Position numbers and translations under genes: made by a program
In this document: piece by piece, positions 28,300 through 32,000 of the stretch
How positions within the stretch are numbered: position 1 is the stretch's first letter
Layout: each line of letters starts with the position of its first letter
NCBI RefSeq assembly: GCF_000007985.2
Contig: NC_002939.5
Span: 1,980,001-2,012,000 of the forward strand
Source of the DNA: Geobacter sulfurreducens PCA
GTDB lineage: Bacteria; Desulfobacterota; Desulfuromonadia; Geobacterales; Geobacteraceae
Length of the DNA: 32,000 nt
Reading direction: 5' to 3'
Notes under the pieces: model-generated
Database searches by the model: none
The model's input: only the letters and a program-made list of their open reading frames with translations
Told to the model about the DNA's origin: nothing

Positions 28300-31053
28300 C
28301 TAGAGACCTGCCGCGATGATCACGCCGGCGGTTATGGCTACCTGCGACAGGATGGTTGTTATGTCCTTGATCTCGCGCATCCAGGCGGTTCGCTCGAGCT
28401 TCTGCGGCACCACGAGCGTATCTCCGGGCTCCAGGGGGGACGACAGGAATCCGCCGAACGTCCAGCGCCGGGCATAGTCGTCCCAGCGAATGCCGAAGGA
28501 CGATTGCTGCCTGCTGAAGACCGATCCGTCGGCCTTGATAATGTACATGTCATCCAATTCGGCATCACGGGTAGCCCCGCCGGAACGTTCCAGGTAATAG
28601 GCCACGTCCCGCTCTGAAATGTGCAGGAACGACGTGGGGTTGTAGACGGACCCCATGACCGACACCACGCTCGGGGTTGGGGGTATGGAGAGTTCATCCC
28701 CGCCTTCCAGTTCAAGGTCATAGGAGCTGTGGGCAAGCGCCTCGACCGGCGCCAGCCGGATCACCACCCGCCCCTCGGCCCTGGTGGTCTTCAGCTTCGC
28801 CAGACTCCGCAACAGACCGTCGAGGGCGGCCTTGGTGGCCTCCAGCTCCTCGCGTGATGTAGCCACCGACGAGAGTTCCGCCTGCTTGCGGTAGACATCC
28901 TGCTCGGTCCGGGCGATCACCTCGTCCATGCGGCGCTGCTGCTCCTCTCTGACCGACCGGCGGGTGAACTTGGCCCCCTTCAGGCAGGAATGTTCGGTAT
29001 AGCCCCCGGCCCGGGCAATGACCGAACTCAGTCGTTCTCCCTTGGCAATGGAATAGGTGCCGGGAAACTTCACCTCGCCCCGCAGGGTCACGAACCGGTC
29101 GCTGGCCTCAAGCCAGTTCTCGATGCTCCGGACGATGAGGACGTCGTCGGTCTGCAGGGGGAGGTTATGATCGGGATCGCCCGCCATGGCCTTTTCGAGA
29201 TTGATATCCTGCCTACTCGCCCGCGCTCCGTCGCCGTTGACATTGATCCTGGTCAGCTCCGCACTGCCCAGAAAAGCATTTCGCTTGGGACTGCCGGCGA
29301 CGGTCACCAGGTCGCGCACCGTCATGCGCGGAAAATACTCATAGCTGCCCGGATTGAGCACCGCCCCGCTGATGGACACCGTATGCTTCTCAATCATCTC
29401 GGCCCGGGAGAACACCCGCACCGTGTCCTGCTCCTGAAGGGGAAGGTTCTCCTTGGGATCCCCCTGCATGGCGGCCCGCAGATTGAAGGTGACCACTTCC
29501 CGGCGGTACTCGGGAAGAGCAAGACGGGTAATCTCGGCCGACTCCAGATACGATTCGGGGAGAAGGACCGACGGATCAGGAAGAATATCCCTGACCCGCA
29601 TTCCCTCCTTCAACTGATAGGCACCGGGCCGCGTCACGTTCCCCGTGAGGGTGACCACCTTGCGCACGGCATCGAACACCGGGAACACGGTGACCATGTC
29701 ACGGTCCTTCAGTTCCACCCGGGCGAGTTCGGCCTCCAGGTCGCCCCCTTTGGGCTCATAATCGAGCACTATCCGTGCGCTGTTCCCCTCGATCCGCTCC
29801 AGTTGGATACGCCCCGTATCTCCCGCTGCAGTGATCCCCCCCGCCATGGCCACCAGCCGGGCGAGCGGCGTCGCGCCCTTCAACTCGTAGATGCCGGGAC
29901 GCCGCACTTCGCCCGCCACGGCAGCAACCGGCCCGATCACCGGCACAAATACCGTGTCGCCGTTTTGCAGCCTCACGTCATTGCTGCGGTCACCAGTGAG
30001 AAACATGTCGTACAGATCGATCGAACGGGGTTCGACTCCCGGTCTCGACACCCTGATCGACCGCAGGCTCCCGTTCTTCGAAGGCCCCCCGGCGGCGGCC
30101 AGGGCATTGACCACCGTGGCCAGGGAGCTGACACTGTACACCCCGGGCGTTTCCACCTCACCCACCACGTAAACCTGGATGGTCCTGAGGCTCCCCAGGG
30201 TCACGTTCAGCTCGTACCCCTTGTAGTAGCGGGCCAGTGCTTTGTCTATGGCTTCCCGAGCCTGGCCGTAGGTCAGCCCCCAGAGCTTTACCGGACCAAT
30301 GCGCGGGATCAGGATCTCGCCGTTGCGGTCCACAGTCGGCTCATAGCGGGCGGTGAAGCTCCCCCACACATCAATTCTGATGGAATCGCCCGGACCAACA
30401 ACATAGTCGGGGCCCACGGGCAGATTTTCAGTTACGGCCAGACTTGCGAGACTGTTTTTAAAAAACTCATACCCGAACTGACGGAGCGATCTGTTGAGGG
30501 GAGTCGGTTCGAGCTTGTCCAGCAGCGTCGGGCTCTGGCGGGCAAAGGCACGCTCCAGGGACGAAGCGGACGCATCCGGGGCCGTGGGTATCACCCTTAC
30601 CTCCTCGGAGGAAAGCACCAGCTTGCGATCTGCGTTATAGCCCATGACCCTCACGAAATAGGGCCGCTCATTGGTCAGGTTCTGAATTCTGAAGGTGGCG
30701 GCGAGCCCCGCGTCGACCTTATTACCGTATGCGTTGGGCTCGGTACCGTAGTGAATCACATAGTTCGACGGGGTTTCCTCCGGGCTCTTGGGTGCCGCTG
30801 TCGATGCCCAGGTGAGGACGATCTGCCCGTCGGCAGGCTCGGCCTTGAGCAGCAGCTTCGCCCCTTCCTCCGGTTGTTGCTGGGGAAGCTGTCCAGCGGC
30901 CTCACCGACGGCGGGCGCCGCTCCCTTGCTTTCGGAGAGCTGGCGCACCACGGCCTCGGGGACCTCCACCGCCCTCGCAATGGAGTGCGCAGTGCCGGCA
31001 ACACCGGCAATCAGGGTGAACAAAGCGATAACGTAAGCCTTCCAAATCCTCAT
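28300..31053 (-). CDS. Large periplasmic/outer-membrane polysaccharide export protein (OPX, Wza/KpsD superfamily) with N-terminal FN3-like domain and multiple SLBB repeats
   Basis: ATG at 31053 (MRIWKAYVIALFTLIAGVAGTAHSIARA signal, no lipobox Cys). FN3-like segment (IVLTWAS...YVIHYGTEPNAYGNKVD...FRIQNLTNERPYFVRVMGYN). Poly_export motif (PDYVVGPGDSIRIDVWG). At least 6 SLBB-type repeats (GEVETPGVY, GEVRRPGIY, GNVTRPGAY, GAVLNPGSY, GEVKFPGTY, GSVYNPTSF). Coiled-coil segment and a hydrophobic C-terminal helix. 917 aa. Confidence 0.85.
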   Translation of the reverse strand: MRIWKAYVIALFTLIAGVAGTAHSIARAVEVPEAVVRQLSESKGAAPAVGEAAGQLPQQQPEEGAKLLLKAEPADGQIVLTWASTAAPKSPEETPSNYVIHYGTEPNAYGNKVDAGLAATFRIQNLTNERPYFVRVMGYNADRKLVLSSEEVRVIPTAPDASASSLERAFARQSPTLLDKLEPTPLNRSLRQFGYEFFKNSLASLAVTENLPVGPDYVVGPGDSIRIDVWGSFTARYEPTVDRNGEILIPRIGPVKLWGLTYGQAREAIDKALARYYKGYELNVTLGSLRTIQVYVVGEVETPGVYSVSSLATVVNALAAAGGPSKNGSLRSIRVSRPGVEPRSIDLYDMFLTGDRSNDVRLQNGDTVFVPVIGPVAAVAGEVRRPGIYELKGATPLARLVAMAGGITAAGDTGRIQLERIEGNSARIVLDYEPKGGDLEAELARVELKDRDMVTVFPVFDAVRKVVTLTGNVTRPGAYQLKEGMRVRDILPDPSVLLPESYLESAEITRLALPEYRREVVTFNLRAAMQGDPKENLPLQEQDTVRVFSRAEMIEKHTVSISGAVLNPGSYEYFPRMTVRDLVTVAGSPKRNAFLGSAELTRINVNGDGARASRQDINLEKAMAGDPDHNLPLQTDDVLIVRSIENWLEASDRFVTLRGEVKFPGTYSIAKGERLSSVIARAGGYTEHSCLKGAKFTRRSVREEQQRRMDEVIARTEQDVYRKQAELSSVATSREELEATKAALDGLLRSLAKLKTTRAEGRVVIRLAPVEALAHSSYDLELEGGDELSIPPTPSVVSVMGSVYNPTSFLHISERDVAYYLERSGGATRDAELDDMYIIKADGSVFSRQQSSFGIRWDDYARRWTFGGFLSSPLEPGDTLVVPQKLERTAWMREIKDITTILSQVAITAGVIIAAGL

Positions 31054-31292
31054 GCGTCGTACCTCTATCAGGCTGCTGTAAATACTGGTGCGGTACCGGC
31101 CAGCGTTGGTGCCGCTCAACTTACCGGCGGCCATGCCCGGCTGGATACCGGCGTGCCGTGTACATGTCACGATAATCCTTAGTACCTTTACCTCGCCTTT
31201 CAGTCAACCGGAAATGCGCATATGCCCTTGACTTCTCCCCTGGCTTTTATTAACAAATTTACACACTACTTTGTCAATTCCGGGGAGAACCG

Positions 31293-32000
31293 ATGCAGAT
31301 CATCCATCACGGCGGCATATTCGGCGTCACCGGGTCCTGTCACGAGCTCGTCATCTCCGACAACGCCGCCATCCTCATTGATTGCGGCCTCCTCCAGGGG
31401 AACGACGGCGCCGGCGGCAAGAGATTTCCTTTTATCGACTTTCCGCTTGACCGGGTCAAGGGGCTGGTGCTCACCCATGTCCACATCGATCACTGCGGAC
31501 GTATCCCCCACTTGCTGGGAGCGGGGTTCCAGGGGCCCATCTGGTGCAGTGAGGCATCCGCCCTGCTCCTGCCCCTGGTTCTTGAGGACGCCGTCAAGGT
31601 CGGCATCACCCGTGACGAGCACCTCATCGCCCGCTTCCTCAATGCCGTGAAAAAACGGCTGGTCCCCCTCCCCTACGACAGGTGGCACCAGCTGGGAAGC
31701 TGGGATGGTCGCTCCGCTTCGCTGCGTCTTCAGCAGGCGGGGCATATTCTGGGCTCGGCGTACGTGGAGGTGTCGGTCAGTCCGGCGTCTCAGGCGGAGC
31801 AGACCGGCACCGTCAACGGGACAAGGGGCGATACGGTCGTTGTCTTCTCCGGGGACCTGGGCGCGCCCTTCACCCCGTTGCTGCCCGACCCGAAACCGCC
31901 CGAACGGGCAGACATCCTGGTTCTCGAATCGACCTACGGCGACCGGCAGCACGAGGGACGCGAACAGCGCCGGGAGCGACTGTGCAGAGTCATCGTCCGG
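31293..32000 (+). CDS. MBL-fold metallo-hydrolase, beta-CASP (CPSF/RNase J-like) family, N-terminal 236 codons (runs off right edge)
   Basis: Absent from the supplied track because it has no stop in the window. ATG at 31293 follows GGGGAG. My translation is MQIIHHGGIFGVTGSCHEL...LVLTHVHIDHCGRIP (HxHxDH)...AGHILGSAYVE...FSGDLG...LESTYGD. The frame is open through 32000. Confidence 0.85.
   Translation, partial: MQIIHHGGIFGVTGSCHELVISDNAAILIDCGLLQGNDGAGGKRFPFIDFPLDRVKGLVLTHVHIDHCGRIPHLLGAGFQGPIWCSEASALLLPLVLEDAVKVGITRDEHLIARFLNAVKKRLVPLPYDRWHQLGSWDGRSASLRLQQAGHILGSAYVEVSVSPASQAEQTGTVNGTRGDTVVVFSGDLGAPFTPLLPDPKPPERADILVLESTYGDRQHEGREQRRERLCRVIVR

Noticed and set aside
28990-31182. 730-aa ORF on the plus strand, the longest unexplained ORF in the track
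   Set aside because: It lies exactly antisense to the OPX export gene. The product is Arg/Gly/Pro/His-rich low-complexity sequence with no recognisable motifs. The opposite strand has strong domain signatures (Poly_export, SLBB repeats). This is a typical stop-free shadow frame in high-GC DNA.
31222-31952. Track ORFs 31222-31650 (+) and 31266-31952 (-)
   Set aside because: Both are out of frame or antisense to an open frame starting at ATG 31293 (+). That frame encodes a clear MBL/beta-CASP hydrolase (HVHIDH, ESTYGD) and was missed by the track only because it has no stop inside the window.

Overview
This is a GC-rich, tightly packed chromosomal core region. Gene content and order look like a Geobacter or Desulfuromonadales genome; that is my recollection of glnB-glnA, glnD and mutS neighbourhoods, not a search result.

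I support 31 protein-coding genes, two of them truncated by the window edges, plus one tRNA-Cys(GCA), three intrinsic terminator hairpins and several promoter candidates.

The coding genes fall into these groups:
- Cell division and envelope: ftsB, an AMIN-domain amidase, an SLT lytic transglycosylase, an M23 peptidase, pgsA and an Slp lipoprotein.
- Nucleotide-sugar synthesis: ugd and UDP-glucuronate decarboxylase.
- DNA and chromosome maintenance: mutS, xerD, scpA and scpB.
- Nitrogen sensing: glnD, and glnB-glnA behind a sigma54 promoter.
- Other functions: nadB, chorismate mutase, trpS, an M50 protease and hrpB.
- A five-gene co-directional envelope cluster headed by a very large multi-SLBB polysaccharide export protein.

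I see no CRISPR array, transposase, phage integrase, toxin-antitoxin pair or recognisable defence island. Most of the window is ordinary housekeeping DNA.

The items most worth a second look are:
1. A free-standing DAH7P-synthase-type ferredoxin-like regulatory domain, translationally coupled to an AroQ chorismate mutase.
2. The OPX-VanZ-PAP2-HAD-HrpB cluster.
3. Two small Cys-rich orphan ORFs.
4. A shared DUF4124-like N-terminal module on two different peptidoglycan hydrolases.
5. A 4-Cys Fe-S-type motif in TrpRS.

None of these reaches the level of a clearly novel system from sequence alone.

Many long ORFs in the supplied track are stop-free antisense shadows typical of high-GC DNA, and I rejected them.
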